In this document: positions 44,414 through 53,669 of the stretch, one piece after another
Position numbering within the stretch: position 1 is the stretch's first letter
How the letters are laid out: every line of letters starts with the position of its first letter
Assembly (NCBI GenBank): GCA_963205235.1
Contig: CAUJIP010000026.1
Span: 8,042-72,041 of the forward strand
Source: Pseudomonadota bacterium
GTDB taxonomy: Bacteria > Pseudomonadota > Alphaproteobacteria > Rhodobacterales > Rhodobacteraceae
Length of the DNA: 64,000 bases
Direction of reading: 5' to 3'
Notes under the pieces: generated by a model
Databases searched by the model: none
Told to the model about the DNA's origin: nothing
Seen by the model: the letters and a program-made list of their open reading frames with translations, nothing else
Translations under genes and position numbers: made by a program

Positions 44414-45786
44414 CACTGGCACGGCCCCCGATCCGACTGTTCCTCGCCGCACGGGCAACGCTGCGGCTGGCGGCTCTGATGGCGCTGGCGGTCACGCTTC
44501 TGTCGCTTGGCGCGATGATGCTGCAGTACCGGCTGGTCGAGACCCGGATGATGGAGGCGCAACAGGCACTTCTGACCGCTGATCTTGGCGGCTTTGCCGC
44601 CCTTTATGAACAGCGCCGGATCATCGCCTTACGGCAGGCCATCGAATACCGCGCGGCGGCGGCAACCGGGGATGAGATGCTCTTGTTGCAGGACCGCAAC
44701 GGCACGTTGCTGGCGGGAACCCTGACCGAATGGCCTGTCGGCCTTGCCCCGGTCGGCGCAGATTTCGCTGCAGCGGATGCGTTCGAATTCACGAGCCTGG
44801 GCAAGCGCTGGCTGGCGGTCGCGCGGGAATTGCCGGGGGGGTTTCCGCTTTTGGTCGCACGGTCCTTGCAGCCGGTCGACGATACGCTGGCGGCGCTGCG
44901 CCGGGGCATTCTTGGGCTTCTGGCGGCCTGCCTTGGTGCCGGGGGGCTTTTCGGCTGGCTTTCGGCGCGTTCGGTGATGGGCCGGATCGGGCGGATCAAC
45001 GACCTTGCCGACCGTGTGGCCGAGGGCGAACTGGATGCACGTCTTCCGGGTGAACGGTCTGCCGACGAATTCGGCCTGCTGGAGACCCACGTCCATGCCA
45101 TGCTGGACCGGATCCAGAACCTGAACCGGGCGACGCACAGGCTGTCGGACACCATCGCGCATGAACTTCGTACCCCCCTGAACCGGATGCTGCAGAAGCT
45201 GTCAAAGATCGAGGGGCAGGAGGCGCTGACCAGCGAGTTGAAGGCCGAGATGCGGCAGGCGATCCGCATGTTCGATTCGCTTCTGGATATCAGCCGGGCC
45301 GAAGCCGATCAGGGAACCGGCGGCGGGTTGGTGCCGGTGGACCTGTCCGCCGTCGCCTCCGAAGTCTGGGAGCTTTACGAGCCCTTGGCCGAGGACAAGG
45401 GGCTGATTGCGGAAGCCCGCGTTACGCCGGGACTAAGGGTCCTTGGCGACCACAACCTGATTGCGCAGGTCCTGTCGAACCTGATCGACAACGCGATCAA
45501 GTATTGCTCGGCGGGGGATCGGGTGATGCTGGACCTGTCCGAACAGGGCGACCGTCACCTCATGCGGGTTGCCGATACCGGGCCGGGCCTGCCCGAAGAC
45601 CTGAAAGCAGAAGCCTTCGAACGCTTTACCCGGGCCGAGCGGGACCGGGGGATCAAGGGCCATGGTCTGGGGCTGGCGCTGGTGCGCGCCATCGCCGCAC
45701 GGCACGGGGCACGACTCGCGATGCCTGCGACGGAAGGCGGTTTTGCGCTTGAAATCCATTGGCCAAGGCTGCAGCACTCGGACTGA
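44410..45786 (+). CDS. Sensor histidine kinase (2 TM, HAMP, HisKA, HATPase_c)
   Basis: GTGA overlap with the regulator gene. H-box SDTIAHELRTPL, N-box NLIDNAIKY, G-boxes DTGPGL and GHGLGL. Confidence 0.9.
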   Translation: MTLARPPIRLFLAARATLRLAALMALAVTLLSLGAMMLQYRLVETRMMEAQQALLTADLGGFAALYEQRRIIALRQAIEYRAAAATGDEMLLLQDRNGTLLAGTLTEWPVGLAPVGADFAAADAFEFTSLGKRWLAVARELPGGFPLLVARSLQPVDDTLAALRRGILGLLAACLGAGGLFGWLSARSVMGRIGRINDLADRVAEGELDARLPGERSADEFGLLETHVHAMLDRIQNLNRATHRLSDTIAHELRTPLNRMLQKLSKIEGQEALTSELKAEMRQAIRMFDSLLDISRAEADQGTGGGLVPVDLSAVASEVWELYEPLAEDKGLIAEARVTPGLRVLGDHNLIAQVLSNLIDNAIKYCSAGDRVMLDLSEQGDRHLMRVADTGPGLPEDLKAEAFERFTRAERDRGIKGHGLGLALVRAIAARHGARLAMPATEGGFALEIHWPRLQHSD

Positions 45787-45803
45787 CCCAACCCGGAACC
45801 TCC

Positions 45804-47246
45804 ATGCGCCGTGCCCTTCTTCCCCTGTTCCTGCTATTCGGCTGCGCGCCGTGGAACCAGCCGCAGAACGAACCTTTGCAGGGAGAGAACGCCAGCCTTG
45901 TCGAACCGCTGATCGCCGGGGATGGCGAGGTTTACATCGGGCTGGCCTTTTCTGGTGGCGGGATGCGCGCCACGGCTTTTGCCTATGGCATGCTGGAAGA
46001 ATTGCGCGCTACGGGTGTGTACAGTGGCACGCCGAACGGGCTGCTTGATAATGTGCGGCTGGTTTCGGGCGTGTCCGGCGGCTCGGTCATGGCGGCACAG
46101 TTCGGGCTTTACGGGGCGGACGGGCTGCCGGGCTTTCGCGAAAGCTATCTGCTTGCCAATGCCGAAACCTATATGGCGACCTCGGCGCTGAATCCTCTGA
46201 CGCTGGCCAAGGGGCTGGCGGGTGGGATCAACGGTCGCGATACCTTTGGCCGCTATCTGGACGAGGTTCTGTTCCACGGTGCGACCTTCGGCGACCTGCG
46301 CAAACGCTCGCACGTCATGACCTGGATCAACGCCACCGACATGGCAAACAACACTCCGTTCCTGTTTTCGCCGGAAACCTTCGATGCGCTTTGTTCTGAC
46401 CTGTCAAGAGTCCGCCTGTCCGAAGCCGTGGCGGCCTCGGCTGCCTATCCGCTGGTCTTTACCCCAATCGTGCTGAAGGCCCATCAGGGCGCTTGCGACT
46501 ATCGTGAGCCTGACTGGCTAACCGCCGCCCGCTACAACCCCGAAGCCACCGCCGCGATGCGCGCCCATGCCCGCGCGCTGGAAAGCTATACCAACCCCGA
46601 AGAGGTGAAATTCGTCAAACTGCTGGATGGCGGGATCACTGACAATTTCGGCACGACAGGACTGGCCGTCGAACGCGCCCGCGCTCAGGTGCCCTATGCC
46701 CCTCTGACCGCCGAAGAGGCGGTGAAGCTGAAACGGATGCTGTTCCTTGTCGCCAATGCGGGCGTCGACAATGACTATGACTGGACCGGGCGAGTTTCCG
46801 GCCCGGGCGGGGTGAATCTGGCGGTGTCGATCGCCTCATCCGCGATGTCCGCCGCCTCGCGCTCGGGCTATGATTCGATGCGGGGTGAATTGCGGTTGTG
46901 GGAAGCCGAGCTGATTGAATGGCGTTGTACCCTGCCCCTGTCCGAAGTGCGCCGCTTGCGTGGATCGACAGATGGCTGGGACTGCAAGGACGTGAAGCTT
47001 TTCGTCGGCGAGGTCAGTTTCGCGAACCTTCCAACCGAGATGCGGGATAGGGTGGACACGGTTCCGACCAGGCTGAAGCTGCCGGAAGCGCAGGTCGATC
47101 TGGTGATCGAGGCCAGCCGTCTCGCCACCCGGATGACGCCGGAATACAACGGCTTTCTCGCCTCGCTGACCGGGAACGATGTGGATCAGCGGATCGAGGA
47201 TGGCATTGCCGCTGGCGGCTATCGCGTGGTTCCTTTGGGGAACTGA
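45804..47246 (+). CDS. Patatin-like phospholipase, predicted lipoprotein
   Basis: Start trimmed to MRRALLPLFLLFGCAPW (lipobox-like). Oxyanion motif SGGGMRA, nucleophile GVSGGS, Asp motif LDGGITDNFG. Confidence 0.85.
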   Translation: MRRALLPLFLLFGCAPWNQPQNEPLQGENASLVEPLIAGDGEVYIGLAFSGGGMRATAFAYGMLEELRATGVYSGTPNGLLDNVRLVSGVSGGSVMAAQFGLYGADGLPGFRESYLLANAETYMATSALNPLTLAKGLAGGINGRDTFGRYLDEVLFHGATFGDLRKRSHVMTWINATDMANNTPFLFSPETFDALCSDLSRVRLSEAVAASAAYPLVFTPIVLKAHQGACDYREPDWLTAARYNPEATAAMRAHARALESYTNPEEVKFVKLLDGGITDNFGTTGLAVERARAQVPYAPLTAEEAVKLKRMLFLVANAGVDNDYDWTGRVSGPGGVNLAVSIASSAMSAASRSGYDSMRGELRLWEAELIEWRCTLPLSEVRRLRGSTDGWDCKDVKLFVGEVSFANLPTEMRDRVDTVPTRLKLPEAQVDLVIEASRLATRMTPEYNGFLASLTGNDVDQRIEDGIAAGGYRVVPLGN

Positions 47247-47369
47247 TCGCACCCCGGACCAAGGTGCGGTCGGTCATCACCAATCCGTCACGCAATCTTT
47301 ATGCCGTCGCGCAGTGCTTGGCACTGGCGGGTGGGGGCGCATGCGATAGAATGGACGCAGGATAAGGAC

Positions 47370-47897
47370 ATGATGGCCCGCAAACCGTTGCCACAACCCA
47401 GTGCCGAACATCGTCGCCGCGGTTTTGAACCCGCGTTCGGGCTGATGAAGGACCCGCTGCGTCTGGCGGGCGAAGCGCGTGGCTTTGCCGTGACCCGGCT
47501 TTTGACCCATTGGGCCGAGGTTGCGGGGCCAGAGCTTGCCGCCAAGACCCGACCGGTCAAGGTCGGCTTTGGGCGCGAAGGTCTGGGCGCGACGTTGACG
47601 CTGCTGGTCAAGGCCAGCGAGGCGCCCATTGTGCAGATGCAACTGCCGCAGTTGAAGGATCGGGTGAATGCTGTCTACGGCTATGCCGCTGTGGCCCATA
47701 TCCACCTGACCCAGACAGCGGCCAGTGGCTTTGCCGAAGGGCAGGCCGATTTTGCCGCTGCGCCGAAAGCCCCCCCAAAGCCCGACCCGGCGCAACAACT
47801 CCGCGCCAAGGCACAAGCGGAAGGGGTTGCCGATCCCGGCTTGCGGTCGGCGCTTGAACAGCTTGCCCAAAACATCTTAACTCGCCCCCGAATGTGA
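47370..47897 (+). CDS. DUF721 (DciA-like) domain protein
   Basis: Start trimmed to MMARKPLPQ. Contains LTHWAEVAGPELAAKTRPVKV...LTLLVKASEAPIVQMQLPQLKDRVN. Confidence 0.7.
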   Translation: MMARKPLPQPSAEHRRRGFEPAFGLMKDPLRLAGEARGFAVTRLLTHWAEVAGPELAAKTRPVKVGFGREGLGATLTLLVKASEAPIVQMQLPQLKDRVNAVYGYAAVAHIHLTQTAASGFAEGQADFAAAPKAPPKPDPAQQLRAKAQAEGVADPGLRSALEQLAQNILTRPRM

Positions 47898-47921
47898 ATG
47901 GCCTGAAAAGGACGCCCGAAG

Positions 47922-48548
47922 ATGCTGAAACTGAACCGCCGGGCCATGATTGCCCTTGCCGCTGCCGCCTCGGCCGCGATGACCCCTGCTTTCGCCGAGG
48001 ATGCGCCCGCAGCCGAAGTGCCGCCTCCTGGTGATTTTTCCATCGGCGATGCGAATGCCCCGGTAAAGATTGTCGAATATGCCAGCTTTACTTGCCCGCA
48101 TTGTGCGCATTTCCATGAAACGGTCTGGGCTGACCTGAAGAAGAACTACATCGACACCGGAAAGGTGCATTTCACCCTGCGCGAAGTGTATTTCGACCGC
48201 GTTGGCCTGTGGGCTGCGATGGTTGCGCGCTGCGGTGGCGAAATGCGGTATTTCGGCATCCACGACATGCTGTTTTCGAAGCAGTCGGAATGGCTTGCCT
48301 CGCAAGATCCGACCGTGATCGTCGATGCGCTGAAAGCAATCGGCCTTTCGGCAGGGATCGATGCCGCCGCGCTGGACACCTGCCTTAACGATCAGGCGAT
48401 GGCCGAGGCGCTGGTCAAGCAGTTCGAGACCAACATGGCAGCCGATGGTGTCGAAGGCACGCCGACGATTTTCGTCAATGGCGAAAAGATCGGCAATCCT
48501 TCCTATGAGGACCTGTCGGCAGCCATCGACGCGGCATTGGCTCAGTAG
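47922..48548 (+). CDS. DsbA-family thiol:disulfide oxidoreductase
   Basis: Signal peptide, then active site FTCPHC. 208 aa. Confidence 0.85.
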   Translation: MLKLNRRAMIALAAAASAAMTPAFAEDAPAAEVPPPGDFSIGDANAPVKIVEYASFTCPHCAHFHETVWADLKKNYIDTGKVHFTLREVYFDRVGLWAAMVARCGGEMRYFGIHDMLFSKQSEWLASQDPTVIVDALKAIGLSAGIDAAALDTCLNDQAMAEALVKQFETNMAADGVEGTPTIFVNGEKIGNPSYEDLSAAIDAALAQ

Positions 48549-48549
48549 G

Positions 48550-49686
48550 ATGGCCGCCCCCCTGGAAGGTATCCGCGTCATCGAGTTGGCGCGGATTCTG
48601 GCTGGCCCCTGGGCCGGGCAGACCTTGGCCGATCTTGGGGCCGATGTGATCAAGGTCGAGGCCCCGGAAGGCGATGACACCCGCCGCTGGGGGCCTCCGT
48701 TCGTGGAAAACGGCGGCGAAAAGACGGCCGCCTATTTCCATTCGGCCAACCGGGGCAAGCGCGGGATCACCTGCGATTTCCGCACGGCCGAGGGGCAGGA
48801 GCTGGTGCGCCGTCTGGTGGCCGACGCCGATGTGGTGATCGAGAATTTCAAGGTCGGCGGTCTGGCGAAATACGGGCTGGACTGGAAAAGCTTGCGCAAG
48901 GTTAACCCAAGGCTGATCTATTGTTCCATCACCGGGTTCGGGCAGGACGGGCCTTACGCGCATCGGGCGGGCTATGATTTCATCATCCAGGGGATGTCGG
49001 GGCTGATGTCGGTCACTGGCGCTCCAGACGGGCAGCCGCAGAAGGTGGGCGTTGCCGTCACCGACATTTTCACCGGCGTCTATGCCGCGACCGGCATTCT
49101 GGCGGCGCTGGTGCAGCGGGGCCGGACAGGTGAGGGTCAGCAGGTCGACATGGCTTTGCTGGATGTGGCGACCAGTATCATGGCCAATCAGGCGATGAAC
49201 TATCTGGCCTCGGGCAAGGTTCCGGGGATGATGGGCAATGCGCATCCAAACCTGGCGCCCTATGCGGTGTTTGATTGCAAGGATGGCTGGCTGATTCTGG
49301 CCACGGGGAATGACGGGCAGTACCAGCGGCTGTGCAAGATCCTTGGGCTGGACGACATGGCGACGGCGCCCGACTTCCTGACCAATGCCGACCGGATCGC
49401 CAACCGGGTGGTGATGACCGACCGGATCACGGCGGCCACGAAGACCTGGTCCAAGGTCGACTTGCTGGCTGCCTGTGAGGCAGAGGGCGTTCCTGCCGGG
49501 CCGATCAATTCGCTGGATGAGGTCTTCGCCGATCCGCAGGTCATTGCGCGCAAGCTGCAGATCGCGCCCGAAGGCCTGCCGGGCCTGCGCAGTCCGATGA
49601 CGTTTTCGGGGGCCGAGCTGGCGCTGGACCGGCCTGCGCCACGGCTGGGGCAGCATCAGGACGAGGTGTTGCGTGACCTTGGCTGA
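48550..49686 (+). CDS. CaiB/BaiF family CoA-transferase
   Basis: Start trimmed to MAAPLEGIRVIELARILAGPWAGQTLADLGADVIKVE. Contains GYDFIIQGMSGLMS. Confidence 0.85.
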   Translation: MAAPLEGIRVIELARILAGPWAGQTLADLGADVIKVEAPEGDDTRRWGPPFVENGGEKTAAYFHSANRGKRGITCDFRTAEGQELVRRLVADADVVIENFKVGGLAKYGLDWKSLRKVNPRLIYCSITGFGQDGPYAHRAGYDFIIQGMSGLMSVTGAPDGQPQKVGVAVTDIFTGVYAATGILAALVQRGRTGEGQQVDMALLDVATSIMANQAMNYLASGKVPGMMGNAHPNLAPYAVFDCKDGWLILATGNDGQYQRLCKILGLDDMATAPDFLTNADRIANRVVMTDRITAATKTWSKVDLLAACEAEGVPAGPINSLDEVFADPQVIARKLQIAPEGLPGLRSPMTFSGAELALDRPAPRLGQHQDEVLRDLG

Positions 49687-49698
49687 AGGGCGCGTGGC

Positions 49699-50202
49699 AT
49701 GGCGTTGACCATTGCCGAACTGGCTCTGGGCGGTGGCACGTTGGCAATCAGCCCGATGCCGGGGCGCGGCGGGGCCTATCATTCCGACTTGCGCGACCTG
49801 CTGGGTTTTGGACCGGATTTGGTTTTGACCATGACAACCGGGGAAGAACTGGCGTCGAAAGAGGCGGAGACGCTGCCTGCAGATCTTGCCAGCAATGACA
49901 TTGTCTGGCTGCACCTGCCCATCGTCGATTTCGGTGCGCCGGGTGTGGCGACGGCGGCGCTGTGGCCCGAAGCGTCAATCCGTGCGCGTGAGGTGCTGGC
50001 CAAGGGCGGCAAGGTGCTGGTGCATTGCATGGGCGGGTGCGGGCGGTCGGGCATGGCAGCGCTGCGGCTGATGGTTGAGGCCGGTGAGGAGCCTTCGGCC
50101 GCGTTGCAACGCCTGCGCGCGGTGCGACCCTGCGCGGTTGAAATGCCGGAGCAGTTTGACTGGGCGGCAGCGGGTGGTGCGCTGCAGCGCACCCTACGCT
50201 GA
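49699..50202 (+). CDS. Small Cys-based protein phosphatase (dual-specificity / PTP-like fold)
   Basis: P-loop VHCMGGCGRSG, i.e. HCX5R(S/T). 167 aa. Confidence 0.7.
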   Translation: MALTIAELALGGGTLAISPMPGRGGAYHSDLRDLLGFGPDLVLTMTTGEELASKEAETLPADLASNDIVWLHLPIVDFGAPGVATAALWPEASIRAREVLAKGGKVLVHCMGGCGRSGMAALRLMVEAGEEPSAALQRLRAVRPCAVEMPEQFDWAAAGGALQRTLR

Positions 50203-50760
50203 TGCCGGGCCGTAAAGTCTGGTAGGCAGGCTGCGCAGCACATCCGAGTTGCGACGGACGCGGGCAAGGGTCCATCCGCCCTGAAAGCCGATGATGAAGG
50301 TTTCGGCCATGTCATGCGCCGTATCGGGGGGCATGCCCAAAGTTTGGGCATAGTGCGAAGCCCCGGCGATGATGCGGGTGAAGGCAGCCTCGGCATGGAT
50401 GCGAAAGCGCGCTTGATCGGGGCCGTCGAACATCAGCCCGAAGATCGGGCAGGCGTCGGCGCTGTTCAGGATGTCGAAAAGCTTGGCCATCTTGTAGCAG
50501 AAGGTCGTGACCCCGTGTCGCCAATCGGGTGCGGCGTGAAAGCTGTCGTCGATCACCCGCACGATCTCCCCCGCCGTCCAGTCTGCTGCGGCACAGGCGA
50601 GGTCGGCCTTGCCTTCGGGAAAGTGGTGGTACAGCGACCCCTTGGGAACCCCCGCCTCGGCCAGGATTTCTGACAGACCCGTGCCGTCATAGCCCCGCTG
50701 GCGGAAAAGCCGGGTGGCGGCCTGCACAAGGCGGTCTTTGGTCGAGGCTTCTTCGGTCAT
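50194..50760 (-). CDS. TetR/AcrR family transcriptional regulator
   Basis: Start trimmed to MTEEAST. HTH reads RLFRQRGYDGTGLSEILAEAGVPKGSLYHHF. Confidence 0.9.
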   Translation of the reverse strand: MTEEASTKDRLVQAATRLFRQRGYDGTGLSEILAEAGVPKGSLYHHFPEGKADLACAAADWTAGEIVRVIDDSFHAAPDWRHGVTTFCYKMAKLFDILNSADACPIFGLMFDGPDQARFRIHAEAAFTRIIAGASHYAQTLGMPPDTAHDMAETFIIGFQGGWTLARVRRNSDVLRSLPTRLYGPASA

Positions 50761-50799
50761 GGCGCACAACATAGGGCCGGACGTGTCGCATGAGAAGAC

Positions 50800-50815
50800 T
50801 AGACTGATCGGTCTA
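50800..50815. promoter_or_regulatory. Candidate TetR operator half-site pair 1
   Basis: TAGACTGATCGGTCTA, a near-palindrome in the TetR / alpha-beta-hydrolase divergent gap. Confidence 0.6.
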
Positions 50816-50825
50816 GTGATGATAA

Positions 50826-50841
50826 TAGACCGATCAGTCTA
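50826..50841. promoter_or_regulatory. Candidate TetR operator half-site pair 2
   Basis: TAGACCGATCAGTCTA is the exact reverse complement of site 1, 10 bp away and 17 bp before the hydrolase ATG. Confidence 0.6.
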
Positions 50842-50857
50842 ATCGGCGAGGGCTGAC

Positions 50858-51727
50858 ATGCTGGACACGACGTCACGCTATCATCTGGGCGAGGAGCTGG
50901 AGATCCGCAGTGAGGGCGCTTTGCTGCGAGGGCGCATCTTCCGGCCAAGCGGAACGCCCCGTGCGGCGATGGTCGTGCATGGGGCAACGGGGGCCCCTGC
51001 CGGATTTTACCGGGCCTTCGCGGAATGGGCGGCGGCGGAAAGGGACCTTGCCGTCCTGACCTATGACTACCGCGATTTTGCTGCCTCGGCCCGTGGGCCC
51101 GTGCGTGGATCAAAGGCAACCCTCGCCGAATGGGGGCGGTTTGATCAGGGGGCTGCGCTGGCGACATTGGCGCGGATGTACCCTGACACGCCGCTTTGGG
51201 TCATGGGCCATTCGGTCGGCGGGTTGTGGCTGGGCTGGCATGCGGCGATGGAGCGCGTCACGCGAACGGTGACGGTTGGATCGGGGCTGACGCATGTGAC
51301 CGATCACCCGTTGCGCACGCGCTGGAAGGCGCGGGCCTTCTGGTCGCCGCCGGTGCGGGTCATGGCGGCCCTTGCGGGCTATTTGCCGGGACGGATGGTT
51401 GGGCTGGGCGCCGACCTGCCGCGCGGGGTTTATGAGGATTGGCGGCGCTGGTGTCTGCAACCGGGCTGGCACTTGTCGGACATTGGCCGCAGCCTGCCCC
51501 TGCCCGATCCGCATCGGGTGAAAGGCCATTTGCGGATGATCGCGGTTGCCGATGACGATCTGGTGCCCTCCGCTGCGGTCTGGCGGGCGCGGGCGTTGTA
51601 TCCTGAGGCTATGAAAGAGCAGATGGTCCTGCGGCCTGCCGATTTCGGGCTGAAAAGCATCGGGCATATTCCGGTGTTTCATCGCCGAAACGCGGTGCTG
51701 TGGCCCACGATGCTGGATCAGCGCTAA
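50858..51727 (+). CDS. Alpha/beta hydrolase
   Basis: Nucleophile elbow GHSVGG. 289 aa. Divergent from the TetR gene. Confidence 0.75.
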   Translation: MLDTTSRYHLGEELEIRSEGALLRGRIFRPSGTPRAAMVVHGATGAPAGFYRAFAEWAAAERDLAVLTYDYRDFAASARGPVRGSKATLAEWGRFDQGAALATLARMYPDTPLWVMGHSVGGLWLGWHAAMERVTRTVTVGSGLTHVTDHPLRTRWKARAFWSPPVRVMAALAGYLPGRMVGLGADLPRGVYEDWRRWCLQPGWHLSDIGRSLPLPDPHRVKGHLRMIAVADDDLVPSAAVWRARALYPEAMKEQMVLRPADFGLKSIGHIPVFHRRNAVLWPTMLDQR

Positions 51728-52281
51728 CGCATCAGGTCGGCTTCGGTCCAACCAAGTGCGGCCATGTCATCGGCTCGGGCGGCGAAATCGTCGCCGGGGA
51801 TGAATTCATCCAGTTGCGGTGGCTTCACCGGGGTTGCGGACAGCATGCCATGGATCTGACCGCGATGATGGGTCTGGTGCTGGAAGAGATGCGACAGAAG
51901 ATCATCCCGACGGTCGTGCTGGGTCTTGTCGCCCCTATCCACATCGACGATTTCGACCAGCCTGTCGGGGGTCAGGCCCTGAACATGGGCCAGAAGGGCC
52001 ATATCCTCGGCCTCTTGCCAGCGGGTCAGGGTGGAAAGATCGGGGCAGGCGCGGGCCTGATCAAGCGCGGTGCGGTTCAGCCGGTGGCCTTGCAGCGCGT
52101 TCAGGTAGAAGCGGTCGACCAGAAGGATATGGTTCAGCGTGGCCTGGATGCTGCCAAAGAAGGAGGGTCTTGGGGACACCAGTTCCTCGGTTGGAAGTTG
52201 GGCCAAGGCGCGATGCAGTCGGGCATTGGCCAGCCGGTTCGCCTGGGCCAGTTTGCGAAAGGTGCGAAGGTGGTCGGTCAT
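51724..52281 (-). CDS. DinB family protein
   Basis: Start trimmed to MTDHLRTFRKLAQANRLANARL. Contains His-containing blocks ATLNHILLVDRFY and HLFQHQTHHRGQIH. Confidence 0.75.
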   Translation of the reverse strand: MTDHLRTFRKLAQANRLANARLHRALAQLPTEELVSPRPSFFGSIQATLNHILLVDRFYLNALQGHRLNRTALDQARACPDLSTLTRWQEAEDMALLAHVQGLTPDRLVEIVDVDRGDKTQHDRRDDLLSHLFQHQTHHRGQIHGMLSATPVKPPQLDEFIPGDDFAARADDMAALGWTEADLMR

Positions 52282-52454
52282 TCCGGTAATCCCATCAGTC
52301 GGCAAAAGAGCATGGCAGGGGATTTGGCCGGACTTGCCACGACCGGCTTCTTTCCGGGACCGCCCGCGCCAAGGCAGGGTAGAAGACTAAGTCAGGCAGG
52401 GCCGGGCGGCAAGCAAGCGCGCATGGCAAAGGCGGTTGTCAAAGCCCGATTCAA

Positions 52455-53495
52455 TCAACCCTTGCCGTCGTGGCTTGCCTTTACGGCAAGGCTTTTCTTG
52501 ACCTGTCGACCAAAGCGCCGGTTTCGTTCACGCGCCTCGGCCGGGGTTTCGGCGTTGACCTGATCCTCGCGCTTCAGCTTGTCCCATCGCAGCAGACGCG
52601 CTTCATCAAGCTGGCCATCGGCGACCGCTTGCCTGATCGCACAACCCGGCTCGGTCTGGTGGGTGCAATCGCGGAACCGGCACTGACCAAGAAGTTCGGT
52701 CACATCCTGAAAGACCGCGTCGATCCCCGCCGCCGCATCCACCAGGCTTAGTGCCCGCATGCCCGGCGTGTCGATCAACCAGCCGCCGCCAGCAAGCGCA
52801 TGCATCGTGCGGATTGTCGTGGTGTGCCGCCCGTGCGCGTCGTTTTCGCGGATCGATCCGGTGGTGCCGTCAAGGCCGGTCAGGCTGTTGGTCAGGGTCG
52901 TCTTGCCCACGCCAGAAGAACCAAGCAGCGCCACCGTCTGCCCCTCACGGCACCAATCGCCTAACAGCCCCGCGACCCCCGGATCACGGGCATCAAGCGG
53001 CAATGCAATCAGGTTGCGTTGCAGACGGCTTGCCTGGTCGCGATAGGTTTCGGCTTCCGCGCTGGTATCGACCTTGGTCAGCAGGATGACAGGCTCGGTC
53101 CCGGCTTCGGCGGCCAGCGCCAGATACCGCTCCAACCGGGCCGGGTTGAAATCGGCGTTGCAAGAGGTGACGATGAAAAGCGTGTCGACATTGGCCGCGA
53201 TCAACTGCTTGCCGTTGCCGGTTCCGGCGGCGCGGCGGCCAAGCTCGGTCTTGCGGTCAAGGCATCGCGTGATGCGCTCACCGTCGGTAAGGACCCAGTC
53301 GCCGATGGCAAGGTCACTTGCCGTCTGTGCCCCGGTCAAGGGCAGGGTGACCGCTCCAGCCTTTGACAGGCCATCGATTCTGGCACGATGGACCCCAGAG
53401 ATGCGGACGGGGGTAAGCGCAAGCTCGGCTTCATCAAGTTGCGAGTGGAAGAAGTTCGACCAGCCAAGGCTGGCAAGTGCATGTTCATTGGTCAA
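52455..53495 (-). CDS. rsgA: Ribosome small-subunit-dependent GTPase A
   Basis: GSSGVGKTTL, DTPG and zinc site CRFRDCTHQTEPGC. 346 aa. Confidence 0.9.
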   Translation of the reverse strand: MTNEHALASLGWSNFFHSQLDEAELALTPVRISGVHRARIDGLSKAGAVTLPLTGAQTASDLAIGDWVLTDGERITRCLDRKTELGRRAAGTGNGKQLIAANVDTLFIVTSCNADFNPARLERYLALAAEAGTEPVILLTKVDTSAEAETYRDQASRLQRNLIALPLDARDPGVAGLLGDWCREGQTVALLGSSGVGKTTLTNSLTGLDGTTGSIRENDAHGRHTTTIRTMHALAGGGWLIDTPGMRALSLVDAAAGIDAVFQDVTELLGQCRFRDCTHQTEPGCAIRQAVADGQLDEARLLRWDKLKREDQVNAETPAEARERNRRFGRQVKKSLAVKASHDGKG

Positions 53496-53669
53496 TCGAG
53501 GCGTTCCTTGCGAACGGAAATCAGGCCCTTTGCAGATCCGATCCGGACATGCGGGCGGCTGGTTCGGGCGGGAACGCGGACTGGGTAAGGCCGAAGCCTC
53601 AGCGCGCGCCGACCCGGAGTGTTGTGGCGACAGTCATGGATACACTCCGTTTCAAGGGCTGCACAAGGT

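Noticed and set aside
41606-44458. 950-aa minus-strand ORF, the longest in the track
   Set aside because: Only its last 207 codons (41606-42229) look like a real gene, with a signal peptide and a sensible composition. The remainder is antisense to the HtrA-like protease and response-regulator genes, which carry unmistakable family motifs. It also has the Arg/Gly/Pro/His-rich composition typical of antisense frames in high-GC DNA.
48475-49914. 479-aa minus-strand ORF
   Set aside because: Antisense to the CaiB-family transferase and phosphatase genes. Arg/Pro/Gln/His-rich.
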